DNA of 64,000 nt, taken from the NCBI GenBank assembly GCA_963777505.1, contig CAVZQN010000004.1, positions 608,001 to 672,000 of the forward strand, written 5' to 3'. Origin of the DNA: an uncultured bacterium (GTDB lineage Bacteria > Acidobacteriota > HRBIN11 > JAKEFK01). The notes beneath the pieces were generated by a model. It saw only the letters and a list, made by a program, of their open reading frames with translations. It made no database searches and was not told the DNA's origin. This document shows positions 29,243 to 40,311 of this stretch, in pieces. Made by a program: the position numbers and the translations under genes. Within the stretch, counting starts at the first letter, position 1. Each line of letters begins with the position of its first letter.

Positions 29243-30154
29243 ATGTTAAATATTTACGAGGTTGGTCCGCGCGATGGCCTTCAAAACGAAAAGAAACTTT
29301 TGTCGGTCGATCAAAGGCTGAACTTAATTGAATCTCTGCTCGCAGCAGGTCTTGAAGATATTGAAATCGGTGCTTTTGTTCGGCCTGATCGCATTCCCCA
29401 AATGGCTGGGACCGAAGATCTTTACCGCAATCCGCGTTTTCATGAATTGCGCACGCGTTTTCCCAATGCAAGATTCTGGTCGCTTGTTCCTAATGAAAAA
29501 GGCATGGCACGGGCGTCGGAAGTGGGTGCAGATCGAATCGCAGTTTTTACTGGGGCAACGGAAACATTCGTACAAAAGAATATTGGAATGTCTATCGATG
29601 AGTCATTGCAAGTATTTTCGCGAGTGATTAAACAGGCTGCTGTCGAAAAAAAAGAAGTTCGAGGTTACATTTCAGTTTGCTGGGTTTGTCCATATGAAGG
29701 TGAAGTGAAGCCGGAGCAAGTTGTGCCTGTGATTCAGAAAATGTTGGATATGGGAATTCCGAACATATCGTTAGGGGATACGATCGGTCGCGCGCATCCA
29801 AATTCGACGGAGATGTTATTGACACAAGTTTTGAAAATTGCACCGGCCGAAAACTTTTCTGTCCACTTTCACGATACATATGGAATGGCGCTTGCGAATA
29901 TTGATCGCAGTGTGCGGCTTGGAATCCAAACGATTGATAGCTCAATTGGCGGTCTAGGCGGATGCCCCTATGCTCCCGGTGCCTCGGGAAATGTAGCGAC
30001 AGAAGATGTTTATTCACTTTTGGAAGGTTATTCAAAGGAAAAACCAAACATCGGTTTTGAAGAGCTGATGAAGGCCGCACAATTGGCCCAGGAAATGGTG
30101 GGCCACTCACTACCCTCGCGCAGGTTAACAGCTTACATTGCTACTCATAAATAA
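29243..30154 (+). CDS. liuE: Hydroxymethylglutaryl-CoA lyase
   Basis: EVGPRDGLQNE, HFHDTYG and GLGGCPYAPGASGN. Confidence 0.93.
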   Translation: MLNIYEVGPRDGLQNEKKLLSVDQRLNLIESLLAAGLEDIEIGAFVRPDRIPQMAGTEDLYRNPRFHELRTRFPNARFWSLVPNEKGMARASEVGADRIAVFTGATETFVQKNIGMSIDESLQVFSRVIKQAAVEKKEVRGYISVCWVCPYEGEVKPEQVVPVIQKMLDMGIPNISLGDTIGRAHPNSTEMLLTQVLKIAPAENFSVHFHDTYGMALANIDRSVRLGIQTIDSSIGGLGGCPYAPGASGNVATEDVYSLLEGYSKEKPNIGFEELMKAAQLAQEMVGHSLPSRRLTAYIATHK

Positions 30155-30171
30155 TTCTGTGTCTTTGTGGT

Positions 30172-30200
30172 TTGACTTTTGGTATGCCGATATATAACAT
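30172..30200 (+). promoter_or_regulatory. Sigma70-like promoter for the bacilliredoxin gene
   Basis: TTGACT-N17-TAACAT, followed by an AGGAGG RBS. Confidence 0.55.
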
Positions 30201-30232
30201 TCGATCAAGTTTTATCCTTAGGAGGAGGTCTT

Positions 30233-30769
30233 ATGTATCAAAAAATTGCGACAAAGCTGCCCATGTATGATGAAGAAGCGGTGCAGCCGATGAGAGATGA
30301 ATTAATTGCTTATGGTTTTGATGAATTAAGGACATTGGAAGCTGTCGATCAAGCGCTGTCCAATTCGCAAGGAACAGTTTTGGTCGTCGTGAATTCCGTT
30401 TGCGGTTGTGCAGCCGGCAGTGCTCGTCCTGGAGCAGGTGCAGCACTTCAAAACCAGGTAATTCCTGATCGTATGGTGACTGTATTTGCGGGTCAGGACC
30501 GTGATGCAGTGGATCAGGTTCGACAGCAGTATTTAGGACAGTTTCCTCCTTCTTCGCCTTCGATGGCTTTGTTTAAAGATGGCAAGCCAGTGTACATAAT
30601 GCATCGTTCGATGATTGAAGGAAGGATGCCGGAGCAGGTTGCTGCTGAGTTATCACGGGTGTTCAATGAACATTGCTCGCGCAAAGGCCCATCAGTAACG
30701 GCTGAGGATTATGCCAAGATCACGCATGCTGTCGCTTGCGGATCCTCTATTCCGAGAGCCAATCACTGA
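30233..30769 (+). CDS. BrxA/BrxB-family bacilliredoxin (DUF1094)
   Basis: VNSVCGCAAGSARPG, TVFAGQD and PPSSPSMALFKDG. Start chosen after the GGAGGAGG RBS. Confidence 0.9.
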   Translation: MYQKIATKLPMYDEEAVQPMRDELIAYGFDELRTLEAVDQALSNSQGTVLVVVNSVCGCAAGSARPGAGAALQNQVIPDRMVTVFAGQDRDAVDQVRQQYLGQFPPSSPSMALFKDGKPVYIMHRSMIEGRMPEQVAAELSRVFNEHCSRKGPSVTAEDYAKITHAVACGSSIPRANH

Positions 30770-30789
30770 GTAGTACGACAACAATAGTA

Positions 30790-31680
30790 CTACTGTTCCA
30801 ACGCGACGAATGCCAGGTTTTTGCCATCAGGCGATACTGCCAATCGTGTAATTCCAGGGATCTTGAGGTCTGCCAGTAATTGCCAATCAGAGTCCTTGCC
30901 TGGCCTATAGCCGTACAATTTTGATTCTTGTGCCATCAGGATTGTTCCATCGGGAGTCCATGTAAAATCATGCTCCTCAGTGGGCAAAGCCTGAACAATT
31001 GGCTTAATCGTACCCGAAAGATCGATTTGCTGAATCCACCATTCTTGCTTTTCGTTCTGTTGAATAAAACTGGCATCTTTCGTACCTGGAATTTTCTGTA
31101 AACTTCGACCGATATTGTCCGCAATCTTTTGTGCCTTACCGGTTCGGACATCGGCGCGTTGCAAGGTCGCTGGTTCACCCAAAACGTATAGCAGAAGCGT
31201 ATTTTCATCCAACCAGAGATGATAGCCGACCGGTTTTACATTTTCGAGAACGAGAACAGGTGAGCCGCCGTTTAGCGGAAATTTCCAAAGGCGTTGTGTT
31301 TTATCTTTATCTAATTCGACTCGCACAACAGAAAGAAATTTTCCGTCCGGAGTTAACGTAGGTGAATATTCACTTTCGGTTGTGCTGATGATTTGCCGTT
31401 TTGCATTTGTTTGAAGATTGATCGCGAACGTATCTGCCTGTTCTTTATCGATTGATGTAAAGAACAGCTCACTGTTTGGAAAAAATACAGGTTGATTATC
31501 GTATCCTTTCCGTTTTGTGAGGTTGATTGGCGCACTGAATTGCAGACTCTTACCCTCTGAAGTCATCTTTGAAATGTAGATATCAGTGTCGGGTGGAGGT
31601 TGTGTTTGGGGCTGTGACTGCGACTGCGGGGTTTGGCTTTCGGCGAAATTGAGCAAAAACAACAGCACAATCAATACCAT
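30790..31680 (-). CDS. Exported TolB-like (PD40) beta-propeller protein
   Basis: GYDNQP, SEYSPTLTPDG and LAVSPDGK. Confidence 0.8.
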   Translation of the reverse strand: MVLIVLLFLLNFAESQTPQSQSQPQTQPPPDTDIYISKMTSEGKSLQFSAPINLTKRKGYDNQPVFFPNSELFFTSIDKEQADTFAINLQTNAKRQIISTTESEYSPTLTPDGKFLSVVRVELDKDKTQRLWKFPLNGGSPVLVLENVKPVGYHLWLDENTLLLYVLGEPATLQRADVRTGKAQKIADNIGRSLQKIPGTKDASFIQQNEKQEWWIQQIDLSGTIKPIVQALPTEEHDFTWTPDGTILMAQESKLYGYRPGKDSDWQLLADLKIPGITRLAVSPDGKNLAFVALEQ

Positions 31681-31735
31681 ATAACCTGTGGCTTGCATCC
31701 TGTATCCTGTAGCTTGCATCTTGTACCTCGCATCT
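31681..31735. repeat. Degenerate 7-bp/21-bp tandem repeat
   Basis: CCTGTGG CTTGCAT CCTGTAT CCTGTAG CTTGCAT CTTGTAC CTCGCAT. Confidence 0.7.
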
Positions 31736-31755
31736 TATTCTACTAGTACCTTTCT

Positions 31756-34700
31756 ATGTCAAGAAAACCGTCTGTTGCAACCACCGTTTTGGATTCATTT
31801 CATCCGCCAGTAAAGAAGTGGTTTGAAAGTATTTTTGATGAGCCAACGCGTGCGCAAGTGCTGGGATGGCCGGTCATTGAATCCAATCGTAACGCATTTA
31901 TTTTGGCACCTACGGGTTCCGGAAAAACATTGGCGGCATTTCTTTCGGCGATCAATCACATCATGTTTGAACCGCTGCCAGCAAAAAAGGAACGATGTCG
32001 TGTGCTTTATATTTCCCCTTTGAAAGCACTTGCAGTAGATATTGAAAGGAATTTGCGTGCACCGATTGCTGGAATTTCCTTGATGGCAGAAAAGGATCAA
32101 GTTCCGTTTGTAATTCCATCGATCGCGATCCGCACAGGTGATACACCTTCGCGTGACCGTGCGCATTTTTTGCGGACCCCTTCCGACATTTTAATTACAA
32201 CACCCGAATCCCTTTACTTAATGTTGACAAGCAACACGCGTGAAGTGCTCAGGTCTTTGCGCTGTGTAATTGTGGATGAGATTCATGCGCTGGCAAATAC
32301 GAAGAGAGGCGCGCATCTGGCCGTTTCATTAGAGCGTCTTCAAGCCGTTGCAGATCAGTCGTTTCAACGAATTGGACTTTCAGCGACTCAGAGACCTCCT
32401 GAAGAAGTCGCGCGTTTTTTAGGCGGAGGTGAAATCAAAAACGGAGTTTGGTCGCCGCGTGCAGTTGAGATTGTTGATGCCGGCCATCGGAAAGATCTGG
32501 ATTTACAGGTCGTTGTACCGGTTGAAGATATGAGCCGTATCGGCGAAATTCTTGATCACGTGCCGTCAGGACCTGCCGCTCAAGGACTCGCGCGAAAAAG
32601 TTTATGGCCTTCGTTGTATCCCAAACTGCTCCATTTAATCCGAACGCATCGCACCACTCTTGTTTTTGTAAACAATAGACGGCTCGCTGAACGGATTGCA
32701 TCGGCAATTAATGAACTTGCCGGACAAGAAATCATGCGTTCCCATCATGGTTCGGTTTCACGCGAACAGCGGATTGAAATTGAAGAAGATTTGAAAGCAG
32801 GGCGGATTCCAGCAATCGTTGCAACTTCATCCCTTGAGCTTGGTATTGATATGGGGACAATCGATCTTGTCGTCCAAATTGAAGCCACACCGAGCGTTAC
32901 AAGCGCGTTGCAGCGGATCGGCCGTGCAGGTCATCAGGCCAGTGCAACAAGTAAAGGCGTTTTGTTTCCGAAATTTAGAGGCGATCTTGCAGCCTGTGCC
33001 ACGTTAACGAAATTGATGCTCAATGGCGAAGTAGAGGAAACACATTATCTTCGTAATCCGCTGGATATTCTTGCGCAACAAATCGTTGCAATGGTTTCTG
33101 TTGAAACATGGAAGGTGGATGATCTCGAAAGAGTCATCCGGCAATCAGCACCTTTTGCGGATCTAACGCGTGGAATGCTTGAAAGTGTTTTAGAAATGCT
33201 TTCGGGAAGATTTCCATCCGATGACTTCGTCGAACTTCGTCCGCGAATTGTTTGGGACAGAATCGAAGAGACAGTTCGTTCAAGACAGGGCGCAAAACAG
33301 ATTGCAATTACAAATGGTGGAACGATTCCGGATCGCGGTCTCTATGGTGTTTTTCTGGCTGGAGCAGATCCAGGTAAAGGCAGAGTTGGTGAACTGGATG
33401 AAGAGATGGTTTTCGAAACTCGCGAAGGTGAAACTTTTCTGCTTGGTGCTACAACCTGGCGTGTTGAAGATATTACGCATGATCGTGTGGTTGTTTCTCC
33501 CGCGCCTGGTCAGCCTGGCAAAATGCCATTTTGGAGAGGTGAAGGAAATGGCCGCAGCATGGAATTTGGCAAAGCAGTAGGGAGCTTGATTCGCAATTTG
33601 AAAAAGCTTTCCGATGAGGATGCGGAGGCAAAATTAATACAAGAGCATCGGATGGATGATTGGGCAGCTAAAAACCTGATCGCCTATTTGCGCGAGCAGC
33701 AGGAGAAAGCGGGTGCAATTCCAGATGACAAAACGATTGTAATTGAACGTTATAGTGATGAACAGGGAGACTGGCGTGTTTGTATCCTTTCGCCATTCGG
33801 AGGGCGCGTACATGCTCCATGGGCTCATGCGATTGAATCAGTGATCCGTCAAAAAACCGGAGTCCAGGCTGAGACCATGTGGAGCGATGATGGAATTGTG
33901 ATCCGCCTTCCGGAAACTGAAGAACCGCCGGATGTTAGCTTGTTTATCGTTGATCCGGAAGAAGTGGAATCACTGGTAGTTCAGCACATGGGTTCGTCAG
34001 CCCTATTTGCTTCACGTTTTCGTGAATCAGCTGCGCGCGCTTTACTGCTGCCGCGGCGATATCCAGGCCAGCGTTCGCCGTTATGGCAACAACGAAAAAA
34101 AGCTGCAGATCTCTTGCAAGTCACATCGAAGTATCAAAATTTTCCGATCATTCTGGAAACATATCGGGAACTACTGAAAGACTACTTCGACATGCCAGGA
34201 CTTGTGAAACTTCTGCGCGATATCCGCAGCCGGAGTATCCAGCTGACTACAGTCAATACACGAAAACCATCGCCTTTTGCTTCTTCATTGATGTTTGGAT
34301 ATGTCGGTAACTTTATTTATGAAGGTGATGCTCCATTGGCCGAACGAAGGGCGCAGGCTTTATCGATCGATCAAGCGCAATTGCGGGAGCTTTTGGGGGA
34401 AGCCGAATTTCGTGAATTGCTTGATGCTGATGCAATTCAAATTTATGAAATGCAGCTTCAGCATTTAGATCCTTTCCACAAAGCAAGACATGAGGATGCT
34501 TTGCATGAAATGTTGATGCGTATTGGGGATCTAACTGAACAAGAAATATTCGTACGATGTACGGCATCCACTGATGAAGTCAAGAAATGGATTCATCAAC
34601 TTCAACAATCCCGCAGAATTATTGAGATTCCGATTGCAGGTGAATCTAGATGGATTGCAGCGGAAGATGCTGCACGCTTTCGTGATGCTCTTGGTATGTC

Positions 34701-36248
34701 ATTGCCTCAAGGATTGCCTGCGGCTTTTCTTCAAACAGTCACTACGCCACTTTCTGATTTGATTGCGCGGTACGCCAGAACACATGGTCCATTTCATCTT
34801 GAAGAAGCAGCCCAGAGATTCGGCCTGGGAAATGCGGCGGTAAGGATGGTGCTCGAAGGATTGGAAACTTCAAACAAAGTAGTTCAAGGTGAATTTCGGC
34901 CTGGCGGTTCAGGCAGAGAATGGGCCGACGCAAATGTCCTTCGCACTTTACGTTTGAAATCGTTAGCCAAATTAAGAAAGGAAGTGGAACCTGTTGAACC
35001 TTCTGCTTACGCGCGTTTCTTGCCTGCGTGGCACAGTGTTGCAAGCGGAAGAAAAGGAACTGAAGCGCTGCTTGATTCAATCGAACAACTTCAGGGTTAT
35101 CCCATCCCCGTATCTGTTTTAGAAAAACAGATCCTACCCGCGCGCGTGCGCGATTACGACCCTCGTGATCTTGATGCGCTCCTTTCTTCAGGAATTGTGA
35201 TGTGGACGGGTGTTGAACCTCTTGGACAAAATGATGGACGCATTGCCCTTTACTTAACGGAACATGCCCCGCGACTTGTTAGGCCGCCTGCTGAAATCGA
35301 AGATCCGGATCCGATTCACGAGATTATTCGCAGGACTCTTTCCTCATCTGGTGCTGTGTTCTTTCCCCAAATTCTTGCTGCCACCGGAAACGCTTTCAAA
35401 GTCGATGTTCTTCGTGCTTTATGGGAACTTGTTTGGGCTGGAGAAGTAACCAACGATACATTGCTCCCTGTGCGTGCGATTTTGAATGCAGGGAAAAAGA
35501 AGCGCAAAGTTGTGAAGGCCGGAATTCCTGAGGCACGATTGAGTGTCCCACCTCAAGGTGCAGGACGATGGTATTTAGTATCAAACATCCTGGCCCAAAC
35601 GGCGGATTAACCGTTTCGACTGCACGGGTTGCAGCTTTGGCGAATCAATTATTGAACCGGCTTGGAATTGTTACGCGCGAAGGTGTAGCGGCTGAAAAAA
35701 TAGCCGGAGGATTTTCATCTGTTTATCCTGTTCTGAAATTAATGGAGGAATCTGGAAAAATTCGGCGCGGGTATTTCATAGCCGGACGTGGCGCTGCACA
35801 ATTTGCCTCTGCCGGAGCTTTAGACAGGCTTCGTGATTTTCGAGAGGTTGATTCTGAACCAAATGTTGTACTGCTTGCCGCGTCCGATCCAGCAAATCCA
35901 TACGGCATTGTACTGCCCTGGCCTGAGCGTAGCGATTCTTCACAGCCAGCCCGAATGGCTGGTGCGCACGTAATCCTTATAGATGGGACGCTGGCTGCCT
36001 TTCTTGGGAAAGCAGAAAGGAATTTGCTGACTTTCACTGAGGATGAGCACGTCGAACGTCAGGCATCTGGAATTGCTAGAGCACTTGCGAACGAAGTCGA
36101 ATCAGGCAGGCGCAGGGCAATCGTTATCAGTGCAGTCGATGGCAAACCTCCAGGAGAGACATTTCTTGCATCCGCGCTGCAAAAAGAAGGATTTTTTTCA
36201 TTTACTCATGGCTGGCAAAAACGAGCAGAACGGAAAGATTTGTCGTGA
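31756..36248 (+). CDS. lhr: Long Lhr-family SF2 helicase, split by one frameshift near 35600
   Basis: APTGSGKT, DEIH, SAT, HHGS and QRIGRAGH. The C-terminal part (RRGYF...GAAQF, AASDPANPYG) is in another frame. Confidence 0.88.
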
Positions 36249-36250
36249 AT

Positions 36251-36994
36251 CTATTTGTATGCAGCAGGAGACGAGACAGTTGAATCCGACATACTATTAC
36301 CCCGGATGTCAGAAACAGCAGACACTGCCAGACGTTCCTTGTTCACATGAGATTCGTAACGAGCCATAACTTTTCGAACGAAAGCCTTTGTTTGTCGATA
36401 AGGTGGAACGCCTTTAAACCTGTCGACCGCGCCTTCACCCGAGTTATATGCGGCGATTACCCGTGGCAAGTCTCCATCATAACGGTCGTGTAACATCTTC
36501 AAATGCTTCACACCGGCTTCAATATTCTTTCTAGGGATGAACAGATCCTCGTAAGTTGCACGATAAAGTTTGGCTGTGTGGGGCATTAACTGCATCAATC
36601 CAACCGCTCCCTTGTCTGAAATAGCATTTGGATTGTAATTGGATTCGACAGCCATAACTGCCGCTACCAGTTTCCAGTCCATTCCGTGCTTTTCTGATAA
36701 AGGCAACACCATTTTGGAATATGCGAATATTGGAAGTGGCAACTGATGAGCACCAACCTGCTCCGGTCCATAAGATAGTCTCACATCCGATGTCCCGTCG
36801 TTCAGGGATGTCTCCTTTCGCCATTCTCGAGGCACCACTAACCATCGCAGGTCGACTAATGTGGCCCGGGCGATAAATTCCCTGACTCGAGATGCATTGC
36901 CGGCGTCAGGCTCCATTCCCCATGCAAAGACTTTTGGCAAGACCATCAGTCCAAGCAGAAAAACGAATACACAAAACACAAACTTTCGAAACAT
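36251..36994 (-). CDS. Lytic transglycosylase (SLT domain)
   Basis: AVESNYNPNAIS, GAVGLMQLMP and AAYNSG. Confidence 0.92.
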   Translation of the reverse strand: MFRKFVFCVFVFLLGLMVLPKVFAWGMEPDAGNASRVREFIARATLVDLRWLVVPREWRKETSLNDGTSDVRLSYGPEQVGAHQLPLPIFAYSKMVLPLSEKHGMDWKLVAAVMAVESNYNPNAISDKGAVGLMQLMPHTAKLYRATYEDLFIPRKNIEAGVKHLKMLHDRYDGDLPRVIAAYNSGEGAVDRFKGVPPYRQTKAFVRKVMARYESHVNKERLAVSAVSDIRGNSMSDSTVSSPAAYK

Positions 36995-37122
36995 TATCCT
37001 GAGTCTCCAGTGGAACGAGTTGAACTATCTGTAGTAAGTATTAAGAAAACTTAAATGGTAGCTTCTATGATCTACTTTCTATTTTCGACTCCCTATAATT
37101 GTTTAATCAGCAGCTTTTGTCA

Positions 37123-37168
37123 AGACCACATATTGTGTACGCGCGAATGCAAGTACAATATATTGTGT
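37123..37168. promoter_or_regulatory. Tandem NrdR-box-like sites
   Basis: AGACCACATATTGTGT (37123-37138) and GTACAATATATTGTGT (37153-37168), compared with consensus acaCwAtATaTwGtgt. Confidence 0.6.
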
Positions 37169-37178
37169 TAGGCAATAT

Positions 37179-38876
37179 TTATTGGATGGACGAAGGGATA
37201 ATACGGCGCGTTTCGGGGGTATAAAACTGTGGTGGGTCGATGGGGGAATAGGTGCTTATGTATTTGACAACGACATCCCGCCAGGGAAGTTCGGAATGAA
37301 CGTGGATCCGTTCCGGGGGGATGTTGTCAAAAACCTCGGATTGGTAATCTCCGCCATTTGTTAGATAGTCGCTTGTTGCTACACCATAAATCTTCTCATC
37401 CTCAAGCGGGTTACCCTCATTATCATGAACTGAGACTAAAAGATTCCGTTCCCAGGTTTCTTGGACCCCATTTCCATCAAGATCTCGATTCCAGGGACCA
37501 GGGGTATCGGGGCCAACATCAAGCTTAACAACCTTGAGTCCAGATATAGGAGCATCCCCAAGGGCACCGCTCAATGCAATTTCAAGCATCCTTCGGAGCT
37601 CCGAACCTTTTAACTGCACAATCGCAACTAGATTCTCGAATGGAAGTACACGGAACAAGTTACCATACGTGAGGTTTCCCTCGGGCAAGTCGTTTCTGAT
37701 TCCCCCCGAATTCAGCACACAGAATTGGGCCTCACCAACCGCTTTTGCTCCCGCCAGAATAGCATCCGCAATCATGTTACCGAGTGGCGTTTCAACCGTT
37801 GAACTTTTCTTAAAGAGGCCCGCCGCTCTACCAATTGGTTTTCTTTTTAAGTCTTCAGCCGCATTTCGATAAGGAGCCAGTGCTTGTGTGATGTCCATCT
37901 GTGTGCTTTTGGCTGGAATTTCGATAAACGGCTCGAACGTTACTTCAAATGATTTCTTTCCACGAATTTTCATTACTCCCACAACCTGGCCGTATAAACC
38001 TGCCTGTAGTACCGGGATGCCTGCAATTCTTTCTTGAACGCGAATATGCGAATGTCCAAGGATGGCAGCATCAATCGTTCCCTCGGGAAGTTTTGAGAAT
38101 ACGGGTAGGATTCCTATATCGTGCCTGTAATCATCGGTTGGACTTCGACGGGGTCCTTCATGTGCGAGTAGAAGGATCACGTCGCAATCTTCTTCTTCGC
38201 GTAGAAGTTCGGCTTCAGCGATCGTGATCGGGTCAATTTCTTCAAATCTTGTACCTGCAACAAACGCCGGACGCGTTATTTTGGCGGTGGTTGATGTGGT
38301 TGCTCCTATGATTCCAATCTTATAGCCGCCCCGTTTCATAACAATTCGTGGTTTGAATAATGTCTTCTGACCAAGTGCGTTACAGAGCATGTCTTTTTCG
38401 GGATTGCACACTTCAACCGGATCCTTGATGAAATTTGCAGAAATCCATTCAAATGTAGCCTGGTTAACGCGTTCTTTAAGATTTCCCAATCCATCTTCTC
38501 CCGGCTTTACCAGAACTCTGTCGGGAACTGCCGGTCCAAAATCAAGTTCGTGATTTCCGATTGCCCCAACATCAAGCTGGATTAAGTTCATGAATTTTAC
38601 AGTTGCCTCTCCTTTGCTGAGATTTCCTTCCAACGATCCTTGAAATAAATCCCCGGCGTCGAGGTAGAGCATTCGATCGCCATATTGTTGTCGAAGGTTT
38701 CTTACTACTGACGCAAGGCCTTCCGCTTTTTCCAGAGCCGAATGGAAATCTGAAGTGGCGACAATTACTAGTTCGTGCGAATTTGGAGCTTGATCTGTCG
38801 AAGCCGGCTTGTGTGAAGTGCAAGAAGAAAGAAAAAGGACTAATGCAATAAGGAGATAATTTAGAACTCGTATCAC
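37179..38876 (-). CDS. Lipoprotein 5'-nucleotidase/metallophosphoesterase
   Basis: Lipobox LSSC; SDFHS, DAGD, GNHELD, GHSH and NSGGIR. Confidence 0.9.
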   Translation of the reverse strand: MIRVLNYLLIALVLFLSSCTSHKPASTDQAPNSHELVIVATSDFHSALEKAEGLASVVRNLRQQYGDRMLYLDAGDLFQGSLEGNLSKGEATVKFMNLIQLDVGAIGNHELDFGPAVPDRVLVKPGEDGLGNLKERVNQATFEWISANFIKDPVEVCNPEKDMLCNALGQKTLFKPRIVMKRGGYKIGIIGATTSTTAKITRPAFVAGTRFEEIDPITIAEAELLREEEDCDVILLLAHEGPRRSPTDDYRHDIGILPVFSKLPEGTIDAAILGHSHIRVQERIAGIPVLQAGLYGQVVGVMKIRGKKSFEVTFEPFIEIPAKSTQMDITQALAPYRNAAEDLKRKPIGRAAGLFKKSSTVETPLGNMIADAILAGAKAVGEAQFCVLNSGGIRNDLPEGNLTYGNLFRVLPFENLVAIVQLKGSELRRMLEIALSGALGDAPISGLKVVKLDVGPDTPGPWNRDLDGNGVQETWERNLLVSVHDNEGNPLEDEKIYGVATSDYLTNGGDYQSEVFDNIPPERIHVHSELPWRDVVVKYISTYSPIDPPQFYTPETRRIIPSSIQ

Positions 38877-38959
38877 GGTAATCAGTCTAAACGAGAATTG
38901 AATTTGATGGAATGTTTACCTTACTACAAATTGCTTGCTATGCGTATAATGGTTCAGAC

Positions 38960-40291
38960 ATGAAGAACCTGATTCTAACTATATTCATAGTTGGCTGTTT
39001 TTCAGTCCCTGCTTTCTGTCAAGAAGAAGGTTCAACTACCGAGCCGGAAAAGAAAGTACTTACGTTCCGTGGTGAGTTAAAAACACACTTCCGGAATTCG
39101 AACGATACACGCTTTCCACTTCGATTCCCTTTTCCGCCTGATTTTATTCCTCGAGGTCAGAGTCAGGTATTTTTGCGAACAGTTTCCCCTGGTTCTGCAT
39201 TCGAACTAAGCGCTGCGACCATCATTCTTAATTTGGAGGTAACACCAACTGTTCTAGGACGGATTCGGGTGCAGTTTATCGATCTGTATAACAGGAATCC
39301 AACGAGCACAGATCACGCAGTCAATGTAAAAGAAGCGTGGTTTTTATTCGGTAAACGCTGGGAATTTCTAGAAGAGACGGAAGGTTCGCACGTGTACGTT
39401 TTGTTTGGTAAGGCGCCGAAGTTTGAACGTCAACCCGACCGAAACATGGAAAGTTACGGACTGGTTGCCACCGCATTTAACCGGTTGGAAGATCATCAAC
39501 TTCAGATTGGCGGAAATTTAGGAAGTCATTTTTATTGGAGAGGACAAATATCTAGCGGAAATCCAGTTTTCTTTCGCGATCCAAATGCGCTGGCCGGGGA
39601 TAATGGAACGGATGATTTACGATTCCCAAATCCTGAACCAAATCTGAATTCGGGATTCCCGATTTTATATGATGCTGAAGTTGAAGATGTCACTACCGAT
39701 AATCTGGAAGGCGGCGGAGGTCTGGGGGTTCGATTTCAGTCCGAAGATGCTGAGAGGGGAATCGATTTTCTTGCGTTTTATTACAAAAGGACATTAGCCG
39801 ACCGCAAAGAGTTAAATGGAACGTTTTATGGCGGCGATTTGGACCTTTTAGATGGCACTGGTGGAATCGGATTGGCGATCAGCGGACGTAACAAAGAAGA
39901 GTATGGTGGAAACATAGAGGCAAAATTCAAAGGGCTTCATGTTTTTGCGCAAGGTGTTCATCAGGAATTGGCCGGGCTTGAACGAACAGGTTTTGAGATT
40001 GAAACTTCTTTCAGAGCCTCTCTGCCGCCTGCGTTTGCCACAAACGGAAAGCAGCTATTTACATTTGTTCAGCCAGTAGCGCGATTCAGCATGATTGATA
40101 ATGATATTCCGATCAATCCTTTATTTGTTGCGCCGAGTGTTTTTTGGGATTGGGAAAAATATGACTTCGGTGTTCGCCTCGGAATCATTCAACATGTAGA
40201 TCTCACGGCCGAATATTCAATCAATGAAATCACTGCTCCGGTAGATATTAAATTGGATGAGTTCCTGACAACATTACGCTTCCGTTTTTAG
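38960..40291 (+). CDS. Putative outer-membrane beta-barrel protein
   Basis: Signal peptide, alternating amphipathic strands, C-terminal LRFRF. Confidence 0.65.
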   Translation: MKNLILTIFIVGCFSVPAFCQEEGSTTEPEKKVLTFRGELKTHFRNSNDTRFPLRFPFPPDFIPRGQSQVFLRTVSPGSAFELSAATIILNLEVTPTVLGRIRVQFIDLYNRNPTSTDHAVNVKEAWFLFGKRWEFLEETEGSHVYVLFGKAPKFERQPDRNMESYGLVATAFNRLEDHQLQIGGNLGSHFYWRGQISSGNPVFFRDPNALAGDNGTDDLRFPNPEPNLNSGFPILYDAEVEDVTTDNLEGGGGLGVRFQSEDAERGIDFLAFYYKRTLADRKELNGTFYGGDLDLLDGTGGIGLAISGRNKEEYGGNIEAKFKGLHVFAQGVHQELAGLERTGFEIETSFRASLPPAFATNGKQLFTFVQPVARFSMIDNDIPINPLFVAPSVFWDWEKYDFGVRLGIIQHVDLTAEYSINEITAPVDIKLDEFLTTLRFRF

Positions 40292-40311
40292 TCAACTTTG
40301 AGTCGTTGCGG

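Noticed and set aside
31681-31719. N-terminal MQATGYRMQATGY peptide repeat
   Set aside because: Translation of an intergenic tandem repeat; the signal peptide starts at 31680.
37023-37036. Third copy of the BlaI-type operator (ACTATCTGTAGT)
   Set aside because: Only one good half-site and wrong spacing.
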